Part shown: positions 8,995 to 18,657 of the stretch, one piece after another
Position numbering within the stretch: the first letter of the stretch is position 1
Layout: each line of letters begins with the position of its first letter
Position numbers and translations under genes: made by a program
Assembly: GCA_043755475.1 (NCBI GenBank)
Contig: JAYUSX010000439.1
Location: 1-49,826, forward strand
Direction: 5' to 3'
Source of the DNA: Actinomycetota bacterium
GTDB taxonomy: Bacteria; Actinomycetota; Acidimicrobiia; Acidimicrobiales; Ilumatobacteraceae
DNA length: 49,826 nt
The notes under the pieces: generated by a model
The model's input: the letters and a program-made list of their open reading frames with translations, nothing else
Told to the model about the DNA's origin: nothing
Database searches by the model: none

Positions 8995-10635
8995 ATGAAG
9001 GTGGGCAGCGGACAGCTCGCGCTGATCGGACGGGTTGCACGGGCCAAGGAGTTGCGGCGGCTCAACCTCGCATTCGTCGCTTTTGCGATCAGCGAGCACG
9101 CCAGCTGGCTCGCCGTGCTGTTCTATGCGTTGGAGCGAGGCGGTGCCGAAGAGGTCGGCCTCGTCGCCGTCGTCCAGCTCGCGCCGGCCGTGTTGCTGAC
9201 CCCCTTCTCGTCGTTGGCAGGCGACCGCTTCTCTCCACGCACTGCTCTTGCGGCCGGCTACGGCGCACAGTGCGTCGCGATGACCGCGACCGCTGCTGCG
9301 ATGTGGGCGGATGCGCCGGTTCTCGCGTATGTGTGCGCCGCAGGCGCTGCGACGGCCGTGAGCTTCACCCGGCCGGTGATGGGGGCTCTGCTGCCCACGG
9401 TCGCCCGCACGCCGCGCGACCTGGTGGCGGTGAACGTGGTGTCGGGGTTGATCGAGCAGGTGGGGGTGTTCGTCGGCCCGGTGATCGCGGGCGTGACGAT
9501 CGCCGTCTCGTCGCCCGCGGGAGCTTTTGTGATGACGGCAGGGCTCACCGGGGTGGCGTGCATCGCGACGTTGGGGGTGCCTGCCGGCGCCGACGAGCGC
9601 ATCCGCAGCATCCATGCACGCGGCGCCCTCGGGGCCGCGTTCGCCGGATTCACCGTCCTCCGCCACACGCCGCACCTACGTATCCTGCTGATCTTCATCG
9701 CCTGCGCCGGGCTCGCAAAGGGAGTCGGTGACTGGGCGTTCGTGGTCCTCGCCGAGGATCGGCTCGGGTCCGGCGGCGGTGGCGCCGGTCTGCTGGCGGG
9801 CGCAGCCGGCGTCGGTGGATTCGCAGGCGCCATCGCGACAGCGCGGCTCGGGCAGGCCGGCAACGTCATCGGTCAGTTCTCGGTCGCGTCGGCGTGCATC
9901 GTGGTGGCCATCGCCGTCACATCGGTCGTCGACCACCTCGTGCCCGCCCTGCTCGCAATGGGAGCGCTGGGCGCCGGCGGGACCGTCTTGGTGATCACCA
10001 GCGTGGTGTGCGTCCAACGCCAGACCCCGTCGGACGTGCTGGCCAGGGTCTCCGGGATCGTGGAGGGTGCGCTGATGGCCTCGATGGCAGCAGGGTCGTT
10101 CGTGCTCTCCCTCCTGGTCCGCCGAGCGTCGCTCGGCGCGGCGTTCGTGATCGTCGCTGCCGCGATCGCGCTCGTGCTGCTGATCGCCGTCGGGTTGCTG
10201 CGTCGCAACAGCGACGAGTTGGCCCCGGTCGACGAGGCGATCGTCGCCCGGCTGCTCGACGATCCGGTCTTCTCGCCACTGTCGGCACCCACGATCGAGC
10301 GGCTGGCCCGTCACGCCGAACGACTTTCGATCGGCACCGGCGAGTCGATCATCCGGCAGGGCGATCCGGGCGACCGCTACTACGTGGTGCTCGGGGGCAC
10401 GGTCGCGATCGACCAGGACGGCCAGCGGATTCGAGAGCTGTCAGCGGGAGACTCGTTCGGGGAGATCGCCCTCATGCGCGACGTGCCGCGCACGGCAACC
10501 GCAACGGCGACGTCAGTGGTCGAGCTCATCGCCGTGGAGCGGGACGACTTCCTCGCCGCCGTCACCGGCCACTCGCGGGCGCTGGCGACCGCCCATGGCG
10601 TCGTCGACGGCTTCCTCGACCCGCACGATCGTTGA
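8995..10635 (+). CDS. MFS transporter fused to a C-terminal cyclic-nucleotide-binding (CAP-effector) domain
   Basis: About 12 hydrophobic segments. The C-terminus IIRQGDPGDRYYVVLGGTV...LSAGDSFGEIALMRDVPRTATA is a canonical cNMP-binding signature. Start set at ATG 8995. Confidence 0.85.
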   Translation: MKVGSGQLALIGRVARAKELRRLNLAFVAFAISEHASWLAVLFYALERGGAEEVGLVAVVQLAPAVLLTPFSSLAGDRFSPRTALAAGYGAQCVAMTATAAAMWADAPVLAYVCAAGAATAVSFTRPVMGALLPTVARTPRDLVAVNVVSGLIEQVGVFVGPVIAGVTIAVSSPAGAFVMTAGLTGVACIATLGVPAGADERIRSIHARGALGAAFAGFTVLRHTPHLRILLIFIACAGLAKGVGDWAFVVLAEDRLGSGGGGAGLLAGAAGVGGFAGAIATARLGQAGNVIGQFSVASACIVVAIAVTSVVDHLVPALLAMGALGAGGTVLVITSVVCVQRQTPSDVLARVSGIVEGALMASMAAGSFVLSLLVRRASLGAAFVIVAAAIALVLLIAVGLLRRNSDELAPVDEAIVARLLDDPVFSPLSAPTIERLARHAERLSIGTGESIIRQGDPGDRYYVVLGGTVAIDQDGQRIRELSAGDSFGEIALMRDVPRTATATATSVVELIAVERDDFLAAVTGHSRALATAHGVVDGFLDPHDR

Positions 10636-10662
10636 TCTCGCGAGGCGCTCCGCCCTCGAGCT

Positions 10663-11409
10663 GTGGGCCGTAGAGTCACCTTCGTGACCCGTCCCGTGAT
10701 CGCACTCCCCGGTCGCCGCAAGCTCGGCAGACAGATCGCCGACTTCCCCGACAGTCTCGCTGCGATCGATGTCGACCTCTACTTCGCCGACTATGCGCGC
10801 GGCGTGATGCACGCGGGAGGTCTCGCCGTGCACCTACCGTTCGATGCGAACCCAGCGGAGTACATGGGCGTGTTCGACGGCATCCTGCTGCCGGGTGGCG
10901 CCGACGTCGATCCCGTTCACTACGGCGCAGACCCCCTGGACGGTCACCCGATCGAGCCCGAGCGCGACGAACTCGAGCTCGGTCTCCTCGCCTTGGCCGA
11001 AGCCGAGAGTCTTCCGGTCGCGGGTATCTGTCGGGGGCTGCAGCTGTTGAACGTGCACGGTGGTGGCACCCTGCATCAGGACGTGCCCCACCACTCGCAC
11101 TTCGACAAGTCGCCCAACTCGCCGGTCCATCATGTCGAGTTCGAACTCGATTCAGCATGCGCCCGCCTCTACGGCAGGCCGATCGAGGTGAACTCGTTGC
11201 ACCATCAGACGATCGATCGCGTCGCCGCCGGCTTCCGCATCACCGGCACTTCCGAGGACGGGACCATCGAAGCGATCGAGGCGATCGATCGGCCATGGAT
11301 CGCCGTGCAGTGGCACCCCGAGATGATGGACGACGGCCATGACGACCCGCTGTTCCGCTGGCTGGTCGAGCAGGCCGCCGCTCGCCGCAGGCAACGCGTC
11401 AGGATCTGA
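10663..11409 (+). CDS. Gamma-glutamyl-gamma-aminobutyrate hydrolase family protein (peptidase C26, class I glutamine amidotransferase-like; PuuD-like)
   Basis: Motifs LPGGADVDP, GICRGLQLLNV (nucleophile Cys), NSLHHQ, QWHPE. The start may instead be GTG 10684. Confidence 0.85.
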   Translation: MGRRVTFVTRPVIALPGRRKLGRQIADFPDSLAAIDVDLYFADYARGVMHAGGLAVHLPFDANPAEYMGVFDGILLPGGADVDPVHYGADPLDGHPIEPERDELELGLLALAEAESLPVAGICRGLQLLNVHGGGTLHQDVPHHSHFDKSPNSPVHHVEFELDSACARLYGRPIEVNSLHHQTIDRVAAGFRITGTSEDGTIEAIEAIDRPWIAVQWHPEMMDDGHDDPLFRWLVEQAAARRRQRVRI

Positions 11410-11442
11410 CCGTTCGGTCACCGGTGGTGGAGCAAGGATCTC

Positions 11443-12663
11443 TCAGCGATCGGGGCGAGGTCCGGTGACGTAGCCGTCCCGGGTTTGCGGTAGGCGCATG
11501 TCGAGGATGCGGGAAGCCACGACCGTCCGCAGGATCTGAGCCGTTCCTCCACCGATGGTGAACATCCGCACGTCGCGGTACATCCGCTCGAGCGGATTGC
11601 GGCGCGAATACCCGGCGGCGCCGAACACCTGGAGCGCGTCGCTCACGACGCCGATCGACGACTCGGCGGTGAAGATTTTCGCCTGTGCGGCCATCGTCGC
11701 GTCGGGGAAGGGGGAACCTTCACCTCGCGAACATGCAGCTCGATACGTGAGGCTGCGAGCAGCTTCCAGCTTGGTGCTCATGTCGGCGAGCATCCATTGC
11801 ACACCCTGGAACTCGGCGATCGGCCGGTCGAACTGCTGACGTTCCTTCGCGTACTCGATCGCCAGCTCGTAGGCGCCGGTGGCGATGCCGAGAGCCACCG
11901 TGCCGGCGCCCACTCGTTGGGAGTTGTACGCGTTCATGAGATCGGCGAAGCCGCGCGCGAAACCGGAGGGGGGCATCAGGACCATGTCTGCTGCGATCTC
12001 CGTATCGTCGAAGAACAGCTCCATCTCCGGGATGCCGCGCAGACCCAACGTCGGTTCCCGGCGGCCGAGTCGAAGGCCTGGCGTCTCGTCGCGGATGGCG
12101 AGGAACCCGCCGATGCCGAGCTCGATGCCGTCCTCGTCGAACACCCGGGCGAACACGAGGTGCAGCTTTGACACGCCACCGCCGGTGATCCAGTGCTTGG
12201 ACCCGTTGATCACGTATCGGTCACCGCGCCGATCGGCGCGGGTCGTCATCTGTGACGCGGCCGAGCCGGCACCCGGTTCGGTGATGCAGATCGCGGGCTT
12301 GTCGCCAGCGAGCACCATCTCGGCAGCCAGCTGCCTCTGGCGATCGGTTCCGTACTCCATCACGGCAGAGATCGCTCCCATGTTCGCCTCGACCGCGATC
12401 CGCCCAGTCACACCGCAGACGGCGGCCATCTGCTCCACCACCAGCACGGCATCGAACAAGCTGTGGCCGGGGCCACCGAGCTCGACAGGAACGGTCATCC
12501 CGGTGAAGCAGGCATCGCGCAGTGCGGCGACGTTGTCCCACGGGTACTCCTCGCTCCGGTCGACCTCGGCCGCTCGGGGAGCGATCACCGTGCGGGCCAG
12601 CTCTCGAGCGCGGGCCTGCAACGCTCGCTGATCGTCGGTGAGATCCCACGGGTTCGGGCTCAT
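11443..12663 (-). CDS. Acyl-CoA dehydrogenase
   Basis: Start at ATG 12663 (MSPNPWDLTDDQ...) with GGAGGA 8 nt upstream. ACAD-type sequence throughout (GGGTAQILR near the C-terminus). ATGA overlap with the upstream gene. Confidence 0.9.
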   Translation of the reverse strand: MSPNPWDLTDDQRALQARARELARTVIAPRAAEVDRSEEYPWDNVAALRDACFTGMTVPVELGGPGHSLFDAVLVVEQMAAVCGVTGRIAVEANMGAISAVMEYGTDRQRQLAAEMVLAGDKPAICITEPGAGSAASQMTTRADRRGDRYVINGSKHWITGGGVSKLHLVFARVFDEDGIELGIGGFLAIRDETPGLRLGRREPTLGLRGIPEMELFFDDTEIAADMVLMPPSGFARGFADLMNAYNSQRVGAGTVALGIATGAYELAIEYAKERQQFDRPIAEFQGVQWMLADMSTKLEAARSLTYRAACSRGEGSPFPDATMAAQAKIFTAESSIGVVSDALQVFGAAGYSRRNPLERMYRDVRMFTIGGGTAQILRTVVASRILDMRLPQTRDGYVTGPRPDR

Positions 12664-13841
12664 GATCGGTTCCTCCGTCTGCTCCAACGCTCGATCACCT
12701 GTGCGGCGTCGGATTCGCCCAGTGTCGCACCCAGTCGGTCGATCCGACCGGGCGTCTCCATGAGCCGCGGCACCGTTCCGGGAACGACGAGCGACCCGAG
12801 AGCGCCGAAGCGCTCGTCGATGATCCGCAACACCGACTCGCGGGCCATCACCTGTGGGTGGCGCAGGTAGTCGGCCGCCGTGTGCACCGCACCGGCCGGC
12901 ACACCGGCGCGCTCGCAGGTCGCGACGACGTCGTCGCCCGCCCGGTCGGCCACCCACGATGCGACGGCGGCGTTCACCGCAGCTCGATTCGCGATGCGAG
13001 CCTCATTGGTGACGAAGCGCGCATCGTCGAGCAACTCGGGCCGTCCCATCGCCTCGGCGAGCCGGTCGAACATCCTGTCGTTCGTACAGGCGATCGTCAC
13101 CCAACGGCCGTCGGCCGATTCGAAGTTGTTGTGCGGCACCGACCGGTGCGTCTCGCCCGCCATCCGCTCACGGCCCACACCGGTCGCGGCGAAGACCGTC
13201 ATGTACTCGTCGAGGAAGCGGGCAACGCCGTCGTAGAGCGCGATGTCGACGAGTTGTCCCCGGCCGGACGACCGACGCGATTCGAGGGCGAGCATCACGC
13301 CGAAGGCTCCGTACAACCCGGCCACGTAGTCGGCCAGCGCAGAGGAGCCCGACAGACCTGGCGCACGGTCCGGTTCACCGGTGAGGTGGGTCATGCCGGC
13401 GAAGGCCTCGGCGATCCTGGCAACACCTGCGGTCGCCGCCATCGGCCCAGTTCGGCCGAAACCGCTGACGCTCAGCTGCACCAGACCCGGGTTGGCAGCG
13501 CGCAGCGATTCGAAGCCGAGACCCCAGGCATCCATGGTGCCGGTGCGGTAGTTCTCGATCAAGACGTCGGCACCGGCGACCAGCTCGCGGAACTGTGCGG
13601 CCCCGTCGACGCTGCGCAGGTCGATCTCGACGCTGGTCTTGTTGCGGGTGTCGCTCCACCACCAGAAGGTGTCGCCCTCGGGCCCGGCGGTGCCGAGCCG
13701 ACGCATCGGATCGCCGACGCCCGGTTGCTCGACCTTCACCACCTCGGCGCCGAACTCGCCGAGGATCGAGGCGGCAAACGGGCCGGCGAGGATCGTGGCC
13801 GCATCGACGACGCGCAGCCCGTCGAGAGGGCGCGCGGTCAT
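12660..13841 (-). CDS. Family III CoA-transferase (CaiB/BaiF / alpha-methylacyl-CoA racemase family)
   Basis: MTARPLDGLRVVDAATILAGPFAASILGEFGAEVVKVEQPG is a typical N-terminus. ATGA overlaps at both ends. Confidence 0.9.
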   Translation of the reverse strand: MTARPLDGLRVVDAATILAGPFAASILGEFGAEVVKVEQPGVGDPMRRLGTAGPEGDTFWWWSDTRNKTSVEIDLRSVDGAAQFRELVAGADVLIENYRTGTMDAWGLGFESLRAANPGLVQLSVSGFGRTGPMAATAGVARIAEAFAGMTHLTGEPDRAPGLSGSSALADYVAGLYGAFGVMLALESRRSSGRGQLVDIALYDGVARFLDEYMTVFAATGVGRERMAGETHRSVPHNNFESADGRWVTIACTNDRMFDRLAEAMGRPELLDDARFVTNEARIANRAAVNAAVASWVADRAGDDVVATCERAGVPAGAVHTAADYLRHPQVMARESVLRIIDERFGALGSLVVPGTVPRLMETPGRIDRLGATLGESDAAQVIERWSRRRNRS

Positions 13842-15088
13842 GGGCGACGTGCCCGCACCGGGAGCGACTCGATGCCGTTCACGAAGTTCGACTTCACGTG
13901 ACGTGGCTCGCCGATCACCTCGATCGTCGTGTCGCTCCGGACGATCTCGTCGATCAGGATCGCGAGCTCGAGCCGGGCCAGCGAGGCGCCCAGGCAGAAG
14001 TGCACGCCGCCGCCGCCGAATGCCACGTGTGCCGGTGTGCGGGGACGCTGGACATCGAACCGCTGCGGATCGGCGAACACCGCTTCGTCGAAATTGGCTG
14101 AGGCGTACCACATCACCACCTTCTCGCCGGCGGTGATCGGCGTGCCGGAGAGAACGGTGTCGACGGTGGCCGTCCGACGGAAGTACAAGATCGGCGACGA
14201 GAAGCGGATGACCTCGTCGACTGCCTGGTCGAGCAGTGCCGGATTGCGGCGGACCATCGCGAACTGCTCGGGGTGCTCGGTCAGGTGCACCGCGAGATGG
14301 GCCATCGACGATCTTGTCGTCTCGTTGCCGGCGAAGATCATCAGCTGGAAGAAGCGGGCGAAGTCGGTCTCGCTCAGCTGCTCGCCATCGATCTCCACCG
14401 TTGCCAGGAGCGAGAGCAGGTCGTCGGCCGGCGCGTCCAATCGCTGACGGCGGGCGCGACACGCGTAGTCGTAGACGCCGAAGGCAGCAGGGCTGTTGAA
14501 CGGCAGTTCCCTGAGAGGCGTCGTGTTGCCGTACGCGCTGGGGTCGAGTTCTTCGCCCGAGGTGCCGGCAACGAGATGGTCGCTCATCTCGATCATCAGG
14601 TCGTGATCGCCGGCGGGCACGCCCAGGATGTCGCAGATGACACCGATGGGGATCGGCGCGGCGACGTCGGTCACCCAGTCACCCTCTCCCACGGCGACGA
14701 GCCGGTCGAGCAGATCGCGCACCCGCACGCGGATCGCTGCCTCGTGTGCCTGCACGTGCCTCGGCGTGAAGGCGGCGCTGACGAGTCGCCGCAGACGGGT
14801 GTGCACCGGCGGGTCGAGATCGATCATCGACGCACGCACGCGGCGCACGTCTTCGTCCACGTCGTAGATCTGGATGTGCCCCAGCTCGGACGAGTACGTG
14901 GTCGCGTCGCGCGAGACCGCGACGAGGTCGGCCATCCGACCGACCGACCAGAACCCCTTCGTCGTCGAGGTGTCCGGCGTCCACACGAGCCCGGGCTGGG
15001 CGCGCATGGTCGCGAACACGTCGTGCGGAATGCCACGGTCGTACAGCGCAGGATCTGCGAGATCGGCCGGTGCCAAGGGACGGGACAT
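13838..15088 (-). CDS. Cytochrome P450 (CYP124/125/142-like omega-hydroxylase type)
   Basis: Heme loop FGGGGVHFCLGASLARLE, I-helix AGNETTRS, C-terminal SNFVNG. Paralogous to the P450 at 20066..21310. Confidence 0.9.
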   Translation of the reverse strand: MSRPLAPADLADPALYDRGIPHDVFATMRAQPGLVWTPDTSTTKGFWSVGRMADLVAVSRDATTYSSELGHIQIYDVDEDVRRVRASMIDLDPPVHTRLRRLVSAAFTPRHVQAHEAAIRVRVRDLLDRLVAVGEGDWVTDVAAPIPIGVICDILGVPAGDHDLMIEMSDHLVAGTSGEELDPSAYGNTTPLRELPFNSPAAFGVYDYACRARRQRLDAPADDLLSLLATVEIDGEQLSETDFARFFQLMIFAGNETTRSSMAHLAVHLTEHPEQFAMVRRNPALLDQAVDEVIRFSSPILYFRRTATVDTVLSGTPITAGEKVVMWYASANFDEAVFADPQRFDVQRPRTPAHVAFGGGGVHFCLGASLARLELAILIDEIVRSDTTIEVIGEPRHVKSNFVNGIESLPVRARRP

Positions 15089-16323
15089 CAGGTCCGGGCC
15101 TCGACCACATCGCGCGTGCGGGCGACGATGTCGCGCTGCACCACGCTGCCGCCGATCCGGTGCAGCGTGGGAAGAGCCGACGCCAACAGCTGCGTCGCCC
15201 GGTCGTCGTCGAGCTCACCCGCGGCGCGGATGCCCGCCACCAGCGGCACCACGGTGTCGCGGAACGTGATGTCGTTGTAGGTCACTCCCGTCGCATGCGC
15301 GTCGACCACGCCGGTCCAGAACGCCGAAGCTCCGGGGTGGTCGGCCACTGCTGCGAACGCGAACGCGGCATGCATGTCGAGGAACGCACACGTGTGCCGT
15401 TGCCGGTTGGCCGACCAGGAATCGGCGAGCGCGGCCCACCGTTCCATGGTGTCGACCACTCCCCCGCTGGCGAGGTCGATGCGCCACAGCAACGAGGTCG
15501 AGTCGGAGAGCCCGAACGCGGTGGTGGAGTGCAGGTGATCGTCGAAGACCGCCAGCGCCCCGTCGAGATCGCCGTGTTCGAGCAGACGCAGCGCGAGGTG
15601 CCACCACACGTGGTTGCTCAGGAGCGTCTGCTGCTGCCATCGGTCGGTGGACGGCACCAGGAGCTCGATCGCGTCGGCGTGTCGCCCTGCACTCTCGAAG
15701 ACGTGGGCGAGCGCATGTCGCGCCCACAGGTCGTCCGGATCGGCCTCGAGCGCTGCCGAGCCGTGCTCGACGGCCTCGTCATAGCGGCCCACTTCCTCGA
15801 GCGCGAACGCGAACATGCCGGCGGCCAGCCCATGCTCGCGGGAACCGACCGGAAAGGCAGCCGCAGCACGTTCGGCCGAGGGCAGGCGCATCGTGTCGTC
15901 ACCGATGTGCAGGCACACATCGTGCAGGAAGCGGTAGGCGGGGAAGTCGTCAGGATGGTCGAGCGTGATCCCGCGCCACGTGGCCACCGCCTCGAGGAAC
16001 TCGCCTCGGTACAGCTGGATCGCTGCCTCCGCGTGACGACGCTCGCGCTCGTCGGTGCGGGGCGAACGCTCATCCAGTCGCAACCGGTCGAGCGCGACCG
16101 CCGGATCTGATGGGTCGACGCCTCCGAGCACGCGGTACGTGAGGGTGAAGACGGGCCCCATCACGAAGGCCTCGTCGAGCGCGTTCACGCTGTCGAGCGT
16201 GGCGACCGGATCGCCGCGGAAGTGAGCCAGCTGATCGAACGCCGACCACCAGGCATGACGCGAGGCATCGTCGCGAGCGCCCACGCTCGGGCCGAACACG
16301 CCGTTCACCTGATCGTCGGCCAC
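15088..16323 (-). CDS. Tetratricopeptide repeat protein (TTC38-like family)
   Basis: TPR-like helical sequence. TGATG 1-nt overlap with the downstream P450. Start proposed at GTG 16323, which lies 7 nt downstream of a TATCAT -10-like hexamer and would be leaderless. The longer ORF to 17193 is antisense to P450-2. Confidence 0.65.
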   Translation of the reverse strand: MADDQVNGVFGPSVGARDDASRHAWWSAFDQLAHFRGDPVATLDSVNALDEAFVMGPVFTLTYRVLGGVDPSDPAVALDRLRLDERSPRTDERERRHAEAAIQLYRGEFLEAVATWRGITLDHPDDFPAYRFLHDVCLHIGDDTMRLPSAERAAAAFPVGSREHGLAAGMFAFALEEVGRYDEAVEHGSAALEADPDDLWARHALAHVFESAGRHADAIELLVPSTDRWQQQTLLSNHVWWHLALRLLEHGDLDGALAVFDDHLHSTTAFGLSDSTSLLWRIDLASGGVVDTMERWAALADSWSANRQRHTCAFLDMHAAFAFAAVADHPGASAFWTGVVDAHATGVTYNDITFRDTVVPLVAGIRAAGELDDDRATQLLASALPTLHRIGGSVVQRDIVARTRDVVEART

Positions 16324-16326
16324 GGC

Positions 16327-16376
16327 TTGGATGATATTTGATACTTGATAGCGTCCGAACCGTCGTGGGGACGACG
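16327..16376. promoter_or_regulatory. AT-rich divergent promoter island between the TTC38 operon and the P450/ADH/GS operon
   Basis: TTGGATGATATTTGATACTTGATAGCGT stands out in a GC-rich background. Direct TTGATA repeats at 16338-16343 and 16345-16350. Minus-strand TATCAT at 16331-16336. Possible plus-strand TTGGAT-16nt-TAGCGT. Hairpin CGTCGTggggACGACG at 16361-16376. Confidence 0.4.
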
Positions 16377-16410
16377 CCGCGCCGGCACCACGGGCAGGAA
16401 AGGGGGAGCG

Positions 16411-17568
16411 ATGGATGACATGACGAAGCGCCCACGGTACGACTTCGACTTCCACGGAGCCGCCCTCGACACGATCTTCGACGACTACGAGGCGATGCAT
16501 CGCGAGTGCCCCGTGTCGTGGAGCGGCCACTACGGCGGTTTCTGGACGCTCACCCGCTACCACGACGTGCACGCCGCGGAGCACGACTGGGACACGTTCT
16601 CCGTCGCCCCGTCGATGATCCTGCCGTCGTTCGGCACCGATCGCCCCCTCATCCCGCTCGACATCGACCCACCGGCGCTCACTCCGTATCGCCAGATCCT
16701 CCTGCCGTTCTTCACACCCCAGAAGATGGACGACCTCTTGCCGCGCACCCACGCGCTGGCACGAGAGCTCCTCGACGACGTGCAGGACCAAGAGGTCTTC
16801 GACGCAGCCCCGTACTGTCGAATGCTCCCGGCGATGGTCTTCGGCGAGTACTGCGGGTTCCCGATGCACGATGCCGCTCAGTTCGACGTGTGGGTCGATG
16901 CCATCGTGTTCGCTCGCTCCGACGACGAGTCCGTTGCCCGCCAGGCGGCGGTCGAGGTCTACGACTACTTCCGCGATCTGATCGCTCACCGACGTCGCAG
17001 TCCCGGAGCCGATGTGATCTCGTCGCTGATCGCCGCCGATCACGCGGGCCGTCCACTGAGCGACGACGAGATGCTCGACATCTGCTACTTGTTGTTCGTC
17101 GCCGGGCTCGAGACCACCGCGGGAACCATCCGGGCCGGCCTGTGGTACCTCGGCCAGCATCCCGACGAGCTCGCTCGCCTTGCTGCCGACCACAGCCGGA
17201 TCCCTGCGGCGACCGAGGAGTTCCTGCGCGCGCTCTCACCCGTGCAGGCGATGGCACGCACCTTGAAGCAGGACACCGTCATCGACGGCATCGCGATGAG
17301 GGCGGGCGAGCGGGTCGTGCTCGCATTCGGTGCCGCCAACCGCGACCCTGAGCGATTCGAATGCCCGTACGAGGTACAGCTCGATCGGGCATCGAACCCA
17401 CACACCGCCTTCGGAGCCGGTGCTCACCGATGCCTCGGGAGCAACCTCGCCCGCCGAGAGGTGAACGTGGCGCTGGAGGAGATGATCGTGCGCCATCCCA
17501 GGTTCGAACTGGCCGAGGCGGCTCCATGGCATGGCATCGGACCACTGCTGCTGCGACCACTCCCCTGA
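16411..17568 (+). CDS. Cytochrome P450
   Basis: ATG 16411 preceded by AAAGGGGGAG. Heme loop FGAGAHRCLGSNLARRE; I-helix VAGLETTAG. Confidence 0.9.
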   Translation: MDDMTKRPRYDFDFHGAALDTIFDDYEAMHRECPVSWSGHYGGFWTLTRYHDVHAAEHDWDTFSVAPSMILPSFGTDRPLIPLDIDPPALTPYRQILLPFFTPQKMDDLLPRTHALARELLDDVQDQEVFDAAPYCRMLPAMVFGEYCGFPMHDAAQFDVWVDAIVFARSDDESVARQAAVEVYDYFRDLIAHRRRSPGADVISSLIAADHAGRPLSDDEMLDICYLLFVAGLETTAGTIRAGLWYLGQHPDELARLAADHSRIPAATEEFLRALSPVQAMARTLKQDTVIDGIAMRAGERVVLAFGAANRDPERFECPYEVQLDRASNPHTAFGAGAHRCLGSNLARREVNVALEEMIVRHPRFELAEAAPWHGIGPLLLRPLP

Positions 17569-17571
17569 GAC

Positions 17572-17615
17572 GACCGACCATTCACCTGACCGACCATTCA
17601 CCTGACCGACCTACC
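17572..17615 (+). repeat. Tandem 16-nt repeat GACCGACCATTCACCT x2 plus partial third copy in the P450-ADH intergenic leader
   Basis: Read directly from the sequence. G-poor on the sense strand. Confidence 0.8.
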
Positions 17616-17632
17616 GAGAGAAGCAACACACG

Positions 17633-18592
17633 ATGAAAGCCATCGAACTGCAGACGTTCAACAGTCCCCTCGTCGCGGTCGAGCGGCCCATCCCCACGAT
17701 CGCTGCCGGCGAAGAGCTGATCGACGTGACGGCGTGCGGTGTCTGTCACTCCGACATCCACGTGGTCGACGGACTGTTCGGAAGCCCGCTGCCGCTGATC
17801 CCCGGCCATGAGGTCACCGGCGTGCACCATCAGCTCGGACCGGTGATGGTGTACGCCCCGTGGGGGTGCCGCAACTGCTGGATCTGCGAGAGCGGCCACG
17901 AGATGATCTGCCCCGACGGCGCCGAGGCCGGACTCTTCCGAGACGGTGGCTATGCCGAGCAGATGCGGGTCACCCATCGTGAGTACCTGCAGCCGATCGG
18001 CGACCTCGATCCGGTCGCGTCGGCGCCGCTCGCGTGCGGAGGGCTCACCGCATTCCGGGCCACCAAGCACGCCCTCGAGACGCTGCGACGCCGGGGCTCA
18101 GCCGCACGCGCGTTGGTGATCGGCGCCGGTGGCCTCGGCCAGTTCGGCATCCAGTACCTGCGGATGATGAGCGACGCCGAGGTGTGGGTGGCCGACCCTG
18201 CACCTGCAAAGCAGCAACGGGCGCTCGAACTCGGCGCCAGCGGCGCCGTGACCGCCGACGAGCTCGATGGCAGGTTCGACGCGATCATCGACTTCGTCGG
18301 CGCCCAGCCCACGCTCGAGGCTGCCGTGCAGCGAGTGAACCGTCGTGGCATCGTGATCGCCGTCGGCCTGTACGGCGGTCGGGTGCCGTTCGGTGTGGGC
18401 GCGGTGCCGCACGAGGCCCAGTTCATGTCGAGCATCTGGGGTACCGTCGCCGAACTCGGCGAGCTGATCGCCTTCGCCCATCGTCACCCCATCCAATACA
18501 CCGTGGAGTCGGTCGCGCTCCAGGACGCCGAGCTGGCCCACCAGCGCCTGCGTGCCGGCGACGTCGCCGGCCGACTGGTGCTCGTTCCCTGA
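17633..18592 (+). CDS. Zinc-dependent alcohol dehydrogenase (MDR family)
   Basis: GVCHSDIH, PLIPGHEVTG, and GAGGLGQFG Rossmann motif. Confidence 0.9.
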   Translation: MKAIELQTFNSPLVAVERPIPTIAAGEELIDVTACGVCHSDIHVVDGLFGSPLPLIPGHEVTGVHHQLGPVMVYAPWGCRNCWICESGHEMICPDGAEAGLFRDGGYAEQMRVTHREYLQPIGDLDPVASAPLACGGLTAFRATKHALETLRRRGSAARALVIGAGGLGQFGIQYLRMMSDAEVWVADPAPAKQQRALELGASGAVTADELDGRFDAIIDFVGAQPTLEAAVQRVNRRGIVIAVGLYGGRVPFGVGAVPHEAQFMSSIWGTVAELGELIAFAHRHPIQYTVESVALQDAELAHQRLRAGDVAGRLVLVP

Positions 18593-18657
18593 GGTGTCGG
18601 CATCCGATACCCCGACGACCGCCCCTCCCCCACCATCGACTGAACCAAGGAGCCGGG

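Noticed and set aside
11407-11420. Terminator hairpin TGACC-GTTC-GGTCA between the PuuD-like gene and the ACAD gene.
   Set aside because: It has only a 5-bp stem, includes the stop codon, and has no U-tract. That is too weak to call.
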